Part shown: positions 36,801-49,549 of the stretch, piece by piece
Position numbering within the stretch: the first letter of the stretch is position 1
Layout of the letters: the number at the start of each line of letters is the position of its first letter
Program-made: the position numbers and the translations under genes
Assembly (NCBI GenBank): GCA_964016885.1
Contig: OZ024742.1
Coordinates: forward strand, 290,904,001 to 290,968,000
DNA: 64,000 nucleotides
Direction: 5' to 3'
Source of the DNA: Eledone cirrhosa
Lineage: Eukaryota
Notes under the pieces: generated by a model
The model's input: the letters and a program-made list of their open reading frames with translations, nothing else
What the model was told of the DNA's origin: nothing
Database searches by the model: none

Positions 36801-38657
36801 TGCCTTGTTGGGACTTGCTGTACTGTTGGTTACTGCCTTGTTGGAACTTGCTGTACTGTTGGTTACTGCCTTGTTGGGTCTTGCTGTACTGTTGGTTACT
36901 GCCTTGTTGGGACTTGATCTACTGTTGGTTACTGCCTTGTTGGGACTTGATCTACTGTTGGTTACTGCCTTGTTGGAACTTGCTGTATTGTTGGGATTTG
37001 TTGTACTGTTGGTTACTGCCTTATTGGGACTTGCTGTACTGTTGGTTACTGCCTTGTTGGGACTTGCTGTACTGTTGGTTACTGCCTTGTTGGGACTTGA
37101 TCTACTGTTGGTTACTGCCTTGTTGGAACTTGCTGTATTGTTGGGATTTGTTGTACTGTTGGTTACTGCCTTATTGGGACTTGCTGTACTGTTGGTTACT
37201 GCCTTGTTGGGACTTGCTGTACTGTTGGTTACTGCCTTGTTGGGACTTGCTGTATTGTTGGTTACTGCCTTGTTGGGATTTGTTGTACTGTTGGTTACTG
37301 CCTTATTGGGACTTGCTGTACTGTTGGTTACTGCCTTGTTGGGACTTGCTGTACTGTTGGTTACTGCCTTGTTGGAACTTGTTGTACTGTTGGTTACTGC
37401 CTTGTTGGAACTTGTAGTACTATTGGTTACTGCCTTGTTGGAACTTGTTGTACTATTGGTTACTGCCTTGTTGGGACTTGCTGTATTGTTGGTTACTGCC
37501 TTGTTGGTTACTGCCTTGTTGGTTACTGCCTTGTTGGGACTTGCTGTACTGTTGGTTACTGCCTTGTTGGGACTTGCTGTACTGTTGGTTACTGCCTTGT
37601 TGGAACTTGTTGTACTGTTGGTTACTGCCTTGTTGGGACTTGCTGTATTGTTGGTTACTGCCTTGTTGGTTACTGCCTTGTTGGAACTTGCTGTACTGTT
37701 GGTTACTGCCTTGTTGGGACTTGCTGTACTGTTGGTTACTGCTTTGTTGGGACTTGCTGTACTGTTGGTTACTGCCTTGTTGGGACTTGCTGTACTGTTG
37801 GTTACTGCCTTGTTGGGACCTGTTGTACTGTTGGTTACTGCCTTGTTGGGACTTGTTGTACTGTTGGTTACTGCCTTGTTGGAACTTGCTGTACTGTTGG
37901 TTACTGCCTTGTTGGAACTTGTTGTACTGTTGGTTACTGCCTTGTTGGAACTTGTTGTACTGTTGGTTACTGCCTTGTTGGAACTTGTTGTACTGTTGGT
38001 TACTGCCTTGTTGGAACTTGCTGTATTGTTGGTTACTGCCTTGTTGGAACTTGTTGTACTGTTGGTTACTGCCTTGTTGGAACTTGTTGTACTGTTGGTT
38101 ACTGCCTTGTTGGAACTTGCTGTACTGTTGGTTACTGCCTTGTTGGGACCTGTTGTACTGTCGGTTACTGCCTTGTTGGAACTTGTTGTACTGTTGGTTA
38201 CTGCCTTGTTGGAACTTGTTGTACTGTTGGTTACTGCCTTGTTGGGACTTGCTGTACTGTTGGTTACTGCCTTGTTGGAACTTGTTGTACTGTTGGTTAC
38301 TGCCTTGTTGGAACTTGCTGTACTGTTGGTTACTGCCTTGTTGGAACTTGTTGTACTGTTGGTTACTGCCTTGTTGGAACTTGTTGTACTGTTGGTTACT
38401 GCCTTGTTGGAACTTGTTGTACTGTTGGTTACTGCCTTGTTGGAACTTGTTGTACTGTTGGTTACTGCCTTGTTGGAACTTGCTGTACTGTTGGTTACTG
38501 CCTTGTTGGGACCTGTTGTACTGTTGGTTACTGCCTTGTTGGAACTTGTTGTACTGTTGGTTACTGCCTTGTTGGAACTTGTTGTACTGTTGGTTACTGC
38601 CTTGTTGGGACTTGCTGTACTGTTGGTTACTGCCTTGTTGGTTACTATCTTGTTGGG
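33895..38657. repeat. 30-bp minisatellite, about 160 units (ttgttggttactgccttgttggRacttgYtgtac-type)
   Basis: Seen directly; includes 27-nt and 15-nt variants and higher-order blocks. Confidence 0.97.
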
Positions 38658-39430
38658 AGTGACTTCCAAAAAACATAATTATATGTCATAGTAAGATGCA
38701 AATTTGGAAATTTACTCTAAAGGTCTTGTACTGCATGAAACTACGTTGGACAATTTTGAAATGTACAAAACAGCACTACGAGTGCAGAAAATAAAAAAAA
38801 GTATTTTACTACAATACTGCGAATGTTCATAATTATCATCATTATCATCATTGTTTAACGTCCATCTTCTATACTAGCATGGGTAGGACGGGCTGTCCCT
38901 TTGTGAGAGATCAGGTTGGAGGACTGTGATTTGCTGACACAGAACTGATTTTGACTTCATTTCTACGGTTGGATGCCCTTCCTAATGCCAACCACATTTA
39001 CAGTGTGTGCTGGGTGCTTTTTGTTGTGACATCTATACGACCTCTTTATAGTGAGGACTGAGTGCTTTTGTCGTGACACCTACATGACCACTATATAGCT
39101 CTTTCACAATGTATCCAGCAATAAAGATACTATAAGTATGTGAATTAACAAACTTGTTTTTAGATATTTTCTGCTAAATCATTACAGGATGGCAAGAGTT
39201 ATCATAACATCCTGTACCACATGAAAATACATTAGCAAGACACTCTTGAAAAGCATAAATCTGTGCTATGACCACATCACATTAAAAATTAAAATCTTCA
39301 CTCTTTGTCACAGCAATCTGTTCACTAGTAAAGATACTATCAACAATTGAATTAACAAATTTATCTTTAGATATTTTCTGCTAAATAATTTCAGGATGTT
39401 AAAAGTTAATGAACCATAATTTGTTTTTAG

Positions 39431-39658
39431 ATATTGATGAGCTTAAAGAATATAATACTCACTTGTCTACAAACTGCTGAGAAAAGGGGAGCCAAAAGCA
39501 TTGCATTCCCTATATTAGGGGCAGGAATCTTGAAATACCCTCTTGGTGAACTACCTTCAACCATGTATGAAGCCGTGAAAACATACTCACATAGTAATAC
39601 AAGGCAGATTGATGTTGTCAACTTTGTTATTTTACCTACAGATTCAAACTTAATAGAG
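39431..39658 (+). CDS. PARP14: PARP14-like exon: macrodomain C-terminal half (CLQTAEKRGAKSIAFPILGAGILKYP)
   Basis: Acceptor ttgtttttag, donor GAG|GTTGGT, 76 codons; SIAFPxxGxG macro loop 2 motif. Confidence 0.92.
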
Positions 39659-40449
39659 GTTGGTTGATTTATTTTGTATTTATTGCATTTTTGATTCTCT
39701 TGATATTCTTAATTCTTTTTCTTGTTACAATATTATGTTGTAACCATAGTTACTATTATTAGATTGCAGTCATGGTTATAGAAATTAAACTAGTTATGTT
39801 TACAGTTTTTGAATTGGCCATTGTTACAATCATTAGACTGCTGCCATGCTTGGGCACCACCTTAAACAGATTTAGTACTTATCTATGTTGCTCAAGGGTT
39901 GGATGAATCAGTACAGTCTAAAACTAGACCACATTTTGACTAATAAATTCCATGGCTAGATACACTTCTTAATGTCAACCACCTTATAGAGTGTATTGGA
40001 TGCATTTTATTATGGCACCATCATTTTATATATTTACATATATTTCTTGGTAGAGGTATTCTGATAGAGAATGACTCACACGTGGCAGATAGTAATATGA
40101 CCACTAGATATGATGGTTAGTTGAGGCATAAGTGGGTTTCTGTTGAATGAATAAGCAACACCGGATCAAACAGTATTAAGCTACTAGGGAGATGGAATAA
40201 AGGGTGACACTGTTAGCTTTCAAATAAACTCTTACAAGTTAGCAATGTACATATGATGAAGCAAGTAAAGGGTACCTCTAAACAAGTCTAGTCTTTGTGG
40301 GTCTGAGAAAATTACCAAATTGGTGACAGGTGCAAATAAGATCACCAAAAAGTGCACCACGCCAAGCTTCTTTCACCCACAGCATTTAAAAGCTGAAGCA
40401 GAAACTGCTCAGCTGAACAAGTTCTACATTGTTTCAATGTCCTCAGTTT

Positions 40450-41400
40450 TCTCAGGGAGTTCTCTGAATTTGGATACAATAGTGTCTGCACACCTGGTCC
40501 TGACTTTCTTATCCACCAACGCTTCCCACTTTATCTTGTTGGTCACCCTGGACCTGCCAGTTTTGTGGGCTTATTTGGCTTTAGGTAGTCTCAAGCTGTA
40601 GATAAATAGATGATGACCAGTTGACAGCTCAGCCCCTCTCTTAACACAAATATCCAGTACTGAACCGAAGAGATCAGAGGCAATAACAAAATCAATTATT
40701 GATCTCTGTCCCTGATTCCCCTTATACCATGTAGATTTATGGATGTTTCTGTGCTGGAAGAAGGTGTTTATAATAGAGAGTCCATTGCTAAAACAGAAGT
40801 CTAATAAGGCCTCTCCATTCTTATATAGGTTGGGATTACCGATCCTTCCAATCATTCCTTTCCATGTCAGGTGGTGTGTGCTAACATGTGCATTGAAGTC
40901 TCCCATTAGGATATATGACTCAGTCTTAACTAGATCTTACGCTGCAGTGACTTCATCAAGGAAGGATCTGTATTTGGACTCTTTGTTCAGTGAATAAACT
41001 TGCACCACCCACAAAACCCTATCTTTCAGCCTAAGCTTCAAGAGGCAAATCCTCCCACCTAATGATGTCCAGTCTATAACACATTCTGACAGTCGGGGGG
41101 GGGGGGGGGGGGGGGGGGGCTGTGAGTATCCCCACTGCTGTCTGTGCAGTCATTTCTGGTGTCATACCTGAATAGTGGAGTTTCCATTCTCTATCCAAAT
41201 CTTCAGTACCAGATCCACGGAACTTGTTGAGGAAACCCAAACTATATATAGCTGGAAGCATCTAAACCACTCCACTAGTTCCTGCTCCTTACCTGTAAGG
41301 ATTGTGATGCTCCAGGTTCCAGTTGTCAAGGTTTGTTCCCTTCCAAACCATCTTTGGTGACTCGAGATATGCAATTGCTATGCGTCTATCCCATGCCTCC
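40450..41400 (-). mobile_element. RTE-like LINE 5' fragment (APE), a different family
   Basis: MGDFNAHV, NGEALLDFC..NGLSIINTFFQH and SIIDFVI motifs. Confidence 0.8.
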
Positions 41401-42345
41401 CAGGACAGGCTGTAAGCTCATTACCAGTTTTTACAGCATGAAATAGAGACTGCAATATATTTTTTGAACAGGTCCCTCTACTTAAGGCCCGAATGTGTCC
41501 CTTATTAATTCATGTGAAGGATAATATTGCAGTTTTGGTGGTTTTATTCCTGCCAGTCACCAATCTGGTACTTTCTCAGACCCATGAAGACTAGGCATTT
41601 TTAGAGGTGACATTTTCATAGCTACATCACTGGGTTGTGAAAGTTTTCTTGGGAACTAAAGGTATCACCCATTACTTCATCTCCCTTAGTAATTCACCAC
41701 TGTTGGTCCAGGGGTTGTTTACTTGTCCAGCAGGTACTCACTTATATCATAACTAACTAATATTACTGTTGGCCGTATCGCTATTCCCCACCTATGACCT
41801 GTTCTCTAGCAGAACAGCTCTGCCAAAAAGTATAAGAGTAACAAATAAAAACCAAGAGAAATATTAATTTAAAACAATATTCATGGTTGAGTTAGAGCTA
41901 GTCTTTTAAATCTGTTTTTCCCTGTTTTGCATGGTTTGGACAGAGCCTGGAGCTTATCCCAGTTACTTGGGCATTAAACTAAGGGTACTTATGTTTAGCT
42001 AAATCAACTGGAACAGCATGAAATGAAGTGCCTTGCTGGTCTGAACATTGAACCCAAGGTCTTTACATTCACAATAGAAATAATACATAATTAAAACATT
42101 TTATTGTAATTTATTGATAAATATAACAATTAATTTGAAATGTAGTCATCCCAATGCATGTGACTCTAATAATAGCTGACCACTGTAGATAATAGTTTAA
42201 AAAATTAGGTACAATACCCCTGGAGATGGAAAAAAGTGGACAGCGGTGCTTGCGAGGAATTAAACCCTAAACCAGGCAAGTGTATTATTCACTGTTAAAC
42301 CAATAAGTCTCTGACCACTGACTGCTGTCTTTTAGAAGCATTTAA

Positions 42346-42566
42346 CCCTTTACTATTTACATTATTCTATATATACTATTGTATTTTCATGGTAAAGGCT
42401 TTACCTCACATAATTATCTCTCATAATATCGAATCTAAGAGATTTTGATATTATTTATGTTGAGAACAATACCTTAACATCAGTATGATCAACTGGTTAC
42501 AATTGGCTTGAACTGAAAGATATGAGAGAATTTTGGCCGGATATGGCTGGTTTAAATGCTAAAGGG
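42346..42566. mobile_element. piggyBac-type MITE
   Basis: TTAA-CCCTTTA...TAAAGGG-TTAA. Confidence 0.6.
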
Positions 42567-42786
42567 TTAAACTTGTATCTAGAAGTGGTTGACTTGAAAC
42601 ATTGGGAACATTTTAAATATGAAATATTGTTCTATTTATAGTGATCAACTACTATTTTAATCATCTGCATTGGGACAACTACATTTTAAATTTCAAACTT
42701 TGCCAATGTATCTTAAGTCAACCAGAAGATAACAATTAATGTTTCCATGGAATTATAACATGAAAGTCTTTGGTTATTTCTAACAG

Positions 42787-42835
42787 GTATTTCAAGAATA
42801 TTTCCAAGAAATACAGACAACTGAAACATCATCAG
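42787..42835 (+). CDS. PARP14: PARP14-like short exon (VFQEYFQEIQTTETSS)
   Basis: Acceptor ttatttctaacag, donor G|GTAAAC; 49 nt, phase 0 to 1, which is exactly what links the 39431 and 46407 exons. Confidence 0.75.
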
Positions 42836-43019
42836 GTAAACACACAATATTTTATTCACAGATGTATAAATAACATTAAAAATTGTTCACAATTCTTTCA
42901 GAATGAAAATATAACACATATAATAAATACAATTAACTATTGCTAGGAACCTCACAATGCACCAAAATATATGGTGAAAGCAAGAGAAAGAGGGGGGAAA
43001 AAGTAAAGAAAAGAGGGTG

Positions 43020-44250
43020 GGATATCTCTGATGACACTGCAGCTTTATGATTCTTCATCTCCTTGATTGCTTCTTTGACCCTATAACTATCAACCTCAAT
43101 AGCTGGTCCTTCTTTCGGGTAAGTAAGGGGTAGTCTTTCCTCTTCCCATTAATTCTCTACATTCATCAGTCTCTCATAGTAACATTTCCAGGCCTCTTTC
43201 TTTTGAACATTAGTGATGCTAAGTGCATGAGAGTAATTTTTAATACACTTTTCCCCAACTACATCCTGATTCACACTGACACACTGCCTTGTGATATGGT
43301 ACACTTCTCGTCTCTGGTCCTCACATCGCAAGACATCGACAAACTTTCTTTTTTCAGCCTTTCTTTCAGCTCCGTATACCTGTCATCTATCTTCTCCCTT
43401 ACCTACCTGGTACCGGTCTCTGATATCCCCATTTTTCCAGTATTTCCATGCCTGTTTCTTGGCTTTAATGGCTCTATCCACTGTGCTTTTCCACCACCAG
43501 GTCACCCTCTGTCTAGCTGGTGAAAAGGTTGTCACGCAAGATTTCTGATTGTTGTCTATGTTATATGTATCTGGCTTGTCAATCCTCTCATCGAATGCAT
43601 CTCATAGGGCCTTTCCAAACCTGCCATGTAACATTGCATTTTGCATGCAGGCATCACATAGTCATCCCATCACTCTGAAAGAGCAGCCATTTATTGCCAG
43701 CAATGGCAGCAACTACCTGAACTTCTTCCAGCCTGTTCTTACTTTGGCTATAAAACTTTCAGAGCATCCACCTACACTACTAATGTGATCTCCTAGATAG
43801 CATAAGCTGTCTATCATTTCCAGCAAACCTTCTGAACATCTAATAGGGTTTATCTCTTTAGTATTCTTACTGTTAACTATTCCTACACATCTACCACTCA
43901 CAAAGCCTGACCTTCCCATCAGTCTATCGGTGGTTCCACTACCTCTCGTAGGTGTCTAGTCTACACTGGATACAAAGTATGGAATTCCTACTCCACCTCT
44001 CTTTTCTACACATTGAGCATGGTCATTCCCTGATAGTAGCAGAGTCTTATCTTTTTTTCTTACTAAAACTTCAGTCTTTGAGGTCATTTGATTCCAGATT
44101 TTGCTTCTATGTCTGGAACTTCCTTTCTAGTTCTTCTATCATTTCAGCTATGATGGCACAGAGGAGCTACCATGCACAACCAGTCTTGAATACTTCTGTT
44201 ATAGCCTAAAGGACTATAATAAACAAGAGGGAACTGATGACTGGGCCTTG
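43020..44250 (-). mobile_element. Rearranged RTE fragments
   Basis: YYERLMNVEN (pre-RT) and CYLGD...RTGWKKFR (post-RT) pieces lie in non-colinear order. Confidence 0.7.
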
Positions 44251-46406
44251 GCAAGCCCTGTTTATGTTATCATAATTTTATGTAAGACTCTTTGTAAATT
44301 CCAAATACCAGTTAAATAATGAGAAAATTAGTTGTATTACTAAATTGCATTATTTTCAAATGGCAGTGGATTGGCAGTATTGGTAGAGCATCAGACACCA
44401 TGCTTTGCAACATAGAGTTATGGCACTTTACCCCCTGAGTTCAAATCCGACCAAGGTTAACTTTTCCTTTCATTGTTACGGGGTCGATAAAATAAAGCAC
44501 CAGTAATGCACTGGGGTAACTGCTGGCCTTGTGCCAAAAGTAGAAACAATTATTTTCAAATGATTTGAAAACTATAAACTGCGTCTTTCATTAGAAATAT
44601 GATAAAAAAAAGGTTAATAATGAATGAGAGGAGAGATGAGTAAGTCTGGAGAGCCCAAGTTAAGGTAGTGCAAGATCCTCCACATTCACAGAACATAAGC
44701 CATTGTATTAATGGTAACTTACAGGAATAGGAGCATATTTGTAAATAACTCTACACCAATTAATTGAGTGACTTGGTCTAGAAAGTTTACATGTCCCAGA
44801 TGTAAGAGCAGTACTCCATTGTGGGTTTCTTTCACCTGAACTTTCTAAAGGGTCAGCAATTGATGAGAGAGTTGTAGTATTTTCTGGTCATGGGGAGCTA
44901 GTGTTTAGGGTGCAGTCCTTGCTATGTTAAAGATGCATATTTGCCATAAGAGATCCTCAGAGATTGCTAGGTTGAGCATTTGGAGCAATTGCAAAGGCCC
45001 TAATTGTGTGATGCTTATAAAAGGGGTGGGAGAAGTATGATAATGTTTTCTTGATTTGAGCAGAGTTTGGGTTATTTTGGCTGTTGAAAGAGACATGCTT
45101 GTTATAGCTTCATTGGAGGATGGTTTTGAGGTCTCTTTCATGGAGTCATTACAGACTTGGTGTGAGACAGTCAACAATTAGTTGAGAAAGGTTATGGAAG
45201 AATGAAGGGTTGTTACATTTGCATAAGAATGGGCATTGTTGAATGTGAAGTAAAGTAGATAATTGGTGTATAGAAAGAAAAGGAGGATGCAAAACTGCAT
45301 GCAGGGGAACACCAAAGTTAGTTATAGTCTATAAACATATTAAAATTTATTTCATTGTGAACTGACGTGGCATCATAATCATCATTTCATGTCTGATCTT
45401 CTGTGCTGGCATGGGTTGGATAGGTTGTTACAGACCAATTCAGAACTTAATCAGGGTTATTAGTCTTCCAGATAAGTCAAGGGACTATGCCTCCTTTAAA
45501 TATGTTCCACATTTGACATGGCTTCCAATGCTCTTTACACAGGATACTGGGTACATTTTATTGTGGCACCACTGCTAAAGATGTTGTTGCATCCTTCATG
45601 TGATTAAAAAGGTCTTCTGAGCCTGTTTTTAGCACAGCCACAAAAGCTGGCTGCACTTCCTATCACTAACCACTTTACAGAGTATATTGGGTGCATTTTA
45701 TTGTGGCACCACTGTTGCATAGGTTATTATATCCATGGCATGATTGAACAGTCTTCTCAATCCTTTTTTTGGCATGATTTCTATTGTTGAATGTTCTTCT
45801 TTAATGCCAACCATGTTACAGAGTGCATTGGGTTCATTTTATCATGGCACCAGCACTAAAGAGGTTATCATGTCATTAATGTGACTGAAGCTTCCTCTCT
45901 ACCCTTTTTGACAAGATTTATGACTGGATTACCTTTCTAAACCTAATTAGTTAAAAAAATTGACACATGTACAATTAATGCTTTGATACTAGCCTACTGA
46001 AAACCATCTCTGTTTCTATGAAACAAAAGCACCCATTTTGAAACATTCCTATTTATATTAAAACATAATTTCATATAACTACTATATGTTAAGTTACTAT
46101 CTTAATAATGAAATTATTTATAATTTTAGTAAATCTATCCAAATTCTTAATTAAATAATTGAAATACATAGTTCATATTTAAATTAGTATCTTCCAACAT
46201 AATTTTATATAAAAACCATATGTTAAGTTACTATTTTGTTAATGAAATAACAATTTTACTAAATCCCTCAAAATTTCCATTAATTGGAATACAGTAATAT
46301 TGGTACAAATGGGTTAATATCTTGTCTAGGTACAGTAACATAAGAAAGCATCTGTTAGTTATGTGACTATTTTTCTTTGACAAAATGAGTATTTCTTTTA
46401 TTTCAG

Positions 46407-46588
46407 AGAGTGATGCATCAGAGGACAATACAGTTACTGACGTCCATGAAAAAGACATGAGTGTCTCAGTGAAATTCATTTCAAAATATCAAAATCTTGA
46501 CATAGCTGTAAAAACTGTTAAAGAAGAATATATCTCCATGTTATTGGATGAGGTGATGCCATTAGACTTTGAGTTAACAGAAGCTCAA
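46407..46588 (+). CDS. PARP14: PARP14-like exon: post-macro linker/KH-like region
   Basis: Acceptor tttcttttatttcag, donor GTAAGT; phase 1 to 0; stop-free. Confidence 0.8.
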
Positions 46589-46634
46589 GTAAGTTTGTCA
46601 AGAATGTTACATGTTTATTATTATCATCATGACT

Positions 46635-47215
46635 GTGGATTGGCAGTATTGGTGGAGGGTCGGACACCATGCTTTCCAGCATAGTTATGTCCCTTTACGA
46701 TCTGAGTTCAAATCCCGCCGAGATTGACTTTGCCTTTCATCCTTACGGGGTCGATAAAATAAAGTACCAGTAATGCACTGGGTAATTGCTGGCCTTGTGC
46801 CTAAAGTAGAAACAATTATTATCATCATGACTAGGATGGTGGATTGGCAGTATCGGTAGAGCATTGGACATTCTGCTTTGTGGCACAGAGTTACAACCCT
46901 TTACGTTCTGAGTTCAAATCCAGCTGAGGTTTCTTCCTTACGAGATCGATAAAAGAAAGTACCAGTAATACACTGTGGGTCGATTTAATCGACTTTTCCC
47001 TCCTCCAAAATTTGCTGGCCTTGTGCCTGGATTGGCAGTATCAGTAGAGGGTCTGACGCCATGCTTTGCAGCAAAGAGTTACGGCCCTTGCCATTCTGAG
47101 ATCAAATCCCGCCGAGGTTAACTTTGCTTTTCAACCTTACGGGGTCGACAAAATAAAGTATTAGGAATACACTGGGATAATTGCTGGCCTTGTGCCAAAA
47201 GTAGAAACAATTATT
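46635..47215 (+). mobile_element. Three tandem copies of tRNA-SINE family 2
   Basis: ggattggcagtat...gagttcaaatcc...ggtcgataaaa repeated at ~46637, ~46841 and ~47029. Confidence 0.82.
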
Positions 47216-47321
47216 GGTGGATTGATGGAGATGATGATGGTGCTGGTAATACTGATAATTATATTGGTGATGATAATGAGGTGCTTTATAAGAAATCGTT
47301 TTCTTTTATTAATTTTTTCAG

Positions 47322-47685
47322 AAGAAGGAAGTCAGAAACATTAATGACAAGGACAAAGTCAACATAAATATTGGTTCAAGTATTAATATTCATGGCAGAT
47401 TTCCTTGTGTAAAAGATGCCAAAATCAATATTCAATCCCTATTAACGAAATTCAAAAAACAGGAAGAGGAATCATACATTAAAAACATGGTGCAGTGGTA
47501 CTATTACAGTAGAGAAACACCTGAAAGAATGTTTGATGAAGAAGAAAATGCTGTGTTAGAGAAAGCTTTCTCACAGAAAAAAAAAACATACACATGGAGA
47601 AATATTGAATATGATATTAAGAATCTATGTTTTGTAAAGAATGGATTTCAATTTCAACTGAAGAGAACAGAAATAGGAAAAGGTG
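47322..47685 (+). CDS. PARP14: PARP14-like exon: KH-like end and WWE domain (VQWYYY...FDEEENAVLEKAF...QLKR)
   Basis: Acceptor aattttttcag, donor G|GTAAGG; phase 0 to 1; WWE signature W...N..LE.A... Confidence 0.88.
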
Positions 47686-48464
47686 GTAAGGATGTCTTTT
47701 TATCATTATTGTCATCATCATCATCATCATTAACAATCATCATTTTATGTCTACCTTTAGGGTGGTGGATTGGCATTATTAGTAGAGCATTGGACAACAT
47801 GCTTTGCAACATATAGTGATGCCTCTTTGTATTGAGTTCAAGTCCTACCAAGGTGAACTTTCCCTTTCATCCTTATGGGGTCGATAAAATAAAGTACCAG
47901 TAATGCACGGGTCAATTTATTCAACTTTCCTTTCTCCAAAAATGGTTGATCTTGAGCTTAAATCAGAAACTACTTTATGTCTACCTTTCCATGTTTGCAT
48001 GGGTTAGATGAATTTGTTCCACCACAGTTTCCTCCACTTGTGTCTTTCTTTCATCATTTCCTCTCTGAGGTTCAACATTTTGACATCAACTCTCAGCACC
48101 CCTTCACAGATTTACCATAGTTTTCCTCCACTTCTCTATCTTTTGTCATCTCTGTGAAGTTCACTGTTCTGACATCAACTCTCATCACTTCTGCCCAGGT
48201 CTTCCTCCTCTTATCTATTTCCTTTGCCAGCTCCTCTATGAGATTCAGTATTCTGAAATCAACTGTTTTTCCCTCATCTGTTCCATTACAAATATACATG
48301 TTGTCAGCACTCCTAGTATAGTTAGCATGCATATGCGTTCAAACCAGTGCTTGTTGAGTGAGTCAATTGAGAGCAGCCTGACGATGGAAAATAGTTTTCC
48401 TATTTCACTTATTGTCCTGGTAAATATAATATAATATCTATAAATATATATATATATATATATT

Positions 48465-49155
48465 TGCATGCTCCGCTGGATGTGTAATAGTAATATACGT
48501 GAATGGCAAAGCATAAATGAACTAAGGGAGACATTAGGAATAGAGGGATCAGATGTTGTTTACTCGAGTGAAGACTACGTTGGTACGGTCACGTGATGCG
48601 CATGAAAGACGACAGCTGTATAAAAAAGTGCAGGGCGATAAAAATAAACGGTAGCCACGGAGTAGGCAGACCCAGAAAAACCTGGGACGACTTGATAAAT
48701 TCCGACCTTACACACTTACACCTCTCCAAGACAATGTCACTGGACCAAGATCTTTGGCGCTACACAGTTATACAGAAGACCCGCCTTGCCTAAGTACAAA
48801 GCGAAACCTACAGTCAGTAGGCACCTCTAACAAAATACACCCCATCCACACCACTCCCTTAAATGTGAAGTTATGTTGGTACCACAACATCCAGTCCGAA
48901 ACAAATGAGGTCGTGTAGGTGTCTCGACAAAAAAACACACAGTCCACACTGTAATGTGGCCGTGTAGGTAACACGGTAAAAACCTCCCAGTCCACACTGT
49001 AAATGTGGTTGGTGTTAGGAAGGGCATCCAGCCATAGAAAACCTGCCAGACAGCCCTATACGAGCGGGACAACAAATCTTGCCTCAAGTGGGAAAACTCC
49101 CGTCCAAACCCATGCAAGTGTCGAAGATGGACGTTAAACGATGATGATGATGATG
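48465..49155 (+). mobile_element. RTE 3' fragment
   Basis: MLRWMCNS, RLRWYGHV, GRPRKTW, 3' UTR and (GAT)n tail. Confidence 0.85.
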
Positions 49156-49207
49156 TATATATACAATATATTAATAAATGGAAACTATATTTATAAAACC
49201 ATAATTA

Positions 49208-49269
49208 TTTTATTATATATATTTCAAGGGCAACCAAGGCAAATTATGGTGCACTTTCATCAGATAAAA
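49208..49269 (-). ncRNA. Hammerhead ribozyme motif (PLE-type)
   Basis: Minus strand reads TTTTAT CTGATGA AAGTGCACC-ataatttgcctt-GGTTGCCCTT GAA ATATATAT A ATAAAA: intact core, stem I TTTTAT/ATAAAA, palindromic stem III and a UA cleavage site. Confidence 0.7.
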
Positions 49270-49332
49270 TACAAATTTGTTTTATAAATAAATATTGACA
49301 TACCCACATAAAGACAACCTTACTTCACTGTA

Positions 49333-49394
49333 TTTTATCTGATGGAAGTGCACCATAATTTGCCTTGGTTGCCCTTGAAATATATATAATAAAA
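49333..49394 (+). ncRNA. Hammerhead motif, inverted copy with A9 changed to G
   Basis: Same sequence as 49208-49269 in opposite orientation, but the core reads CTGATGG. Confidence 0.5.
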
Positions 49395-49549
49395 GAATTA
49401 TGGTTTTATAAATATAGTTTTCATTTATTAATATATTGAATATTTACTCCACTGTTGAGTGCTTTATATCAGTTATAAAATTTTAAGCTTGTTGAATCCG
49501 AACAAATTAAATATAACCTCTGCATATATGTATATATATATATATATAT

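Noticed and set aside
33649-38691. 1680-aa Leu-rich 'membrane protein' ORF as an exon of the PARP gene or a separate gene
   Set aside because: Pure tandem-repeat translation with a non-ATG start in antisense LINE sequence; inclusion would split a macrodomain whose flanking exons join directly in phase 0.
41095-41119. G25 run as a functional G-quadruplex
   Set aside because: Homopolymer expansion inside a dead LINE; length unreliable and no supporting context.
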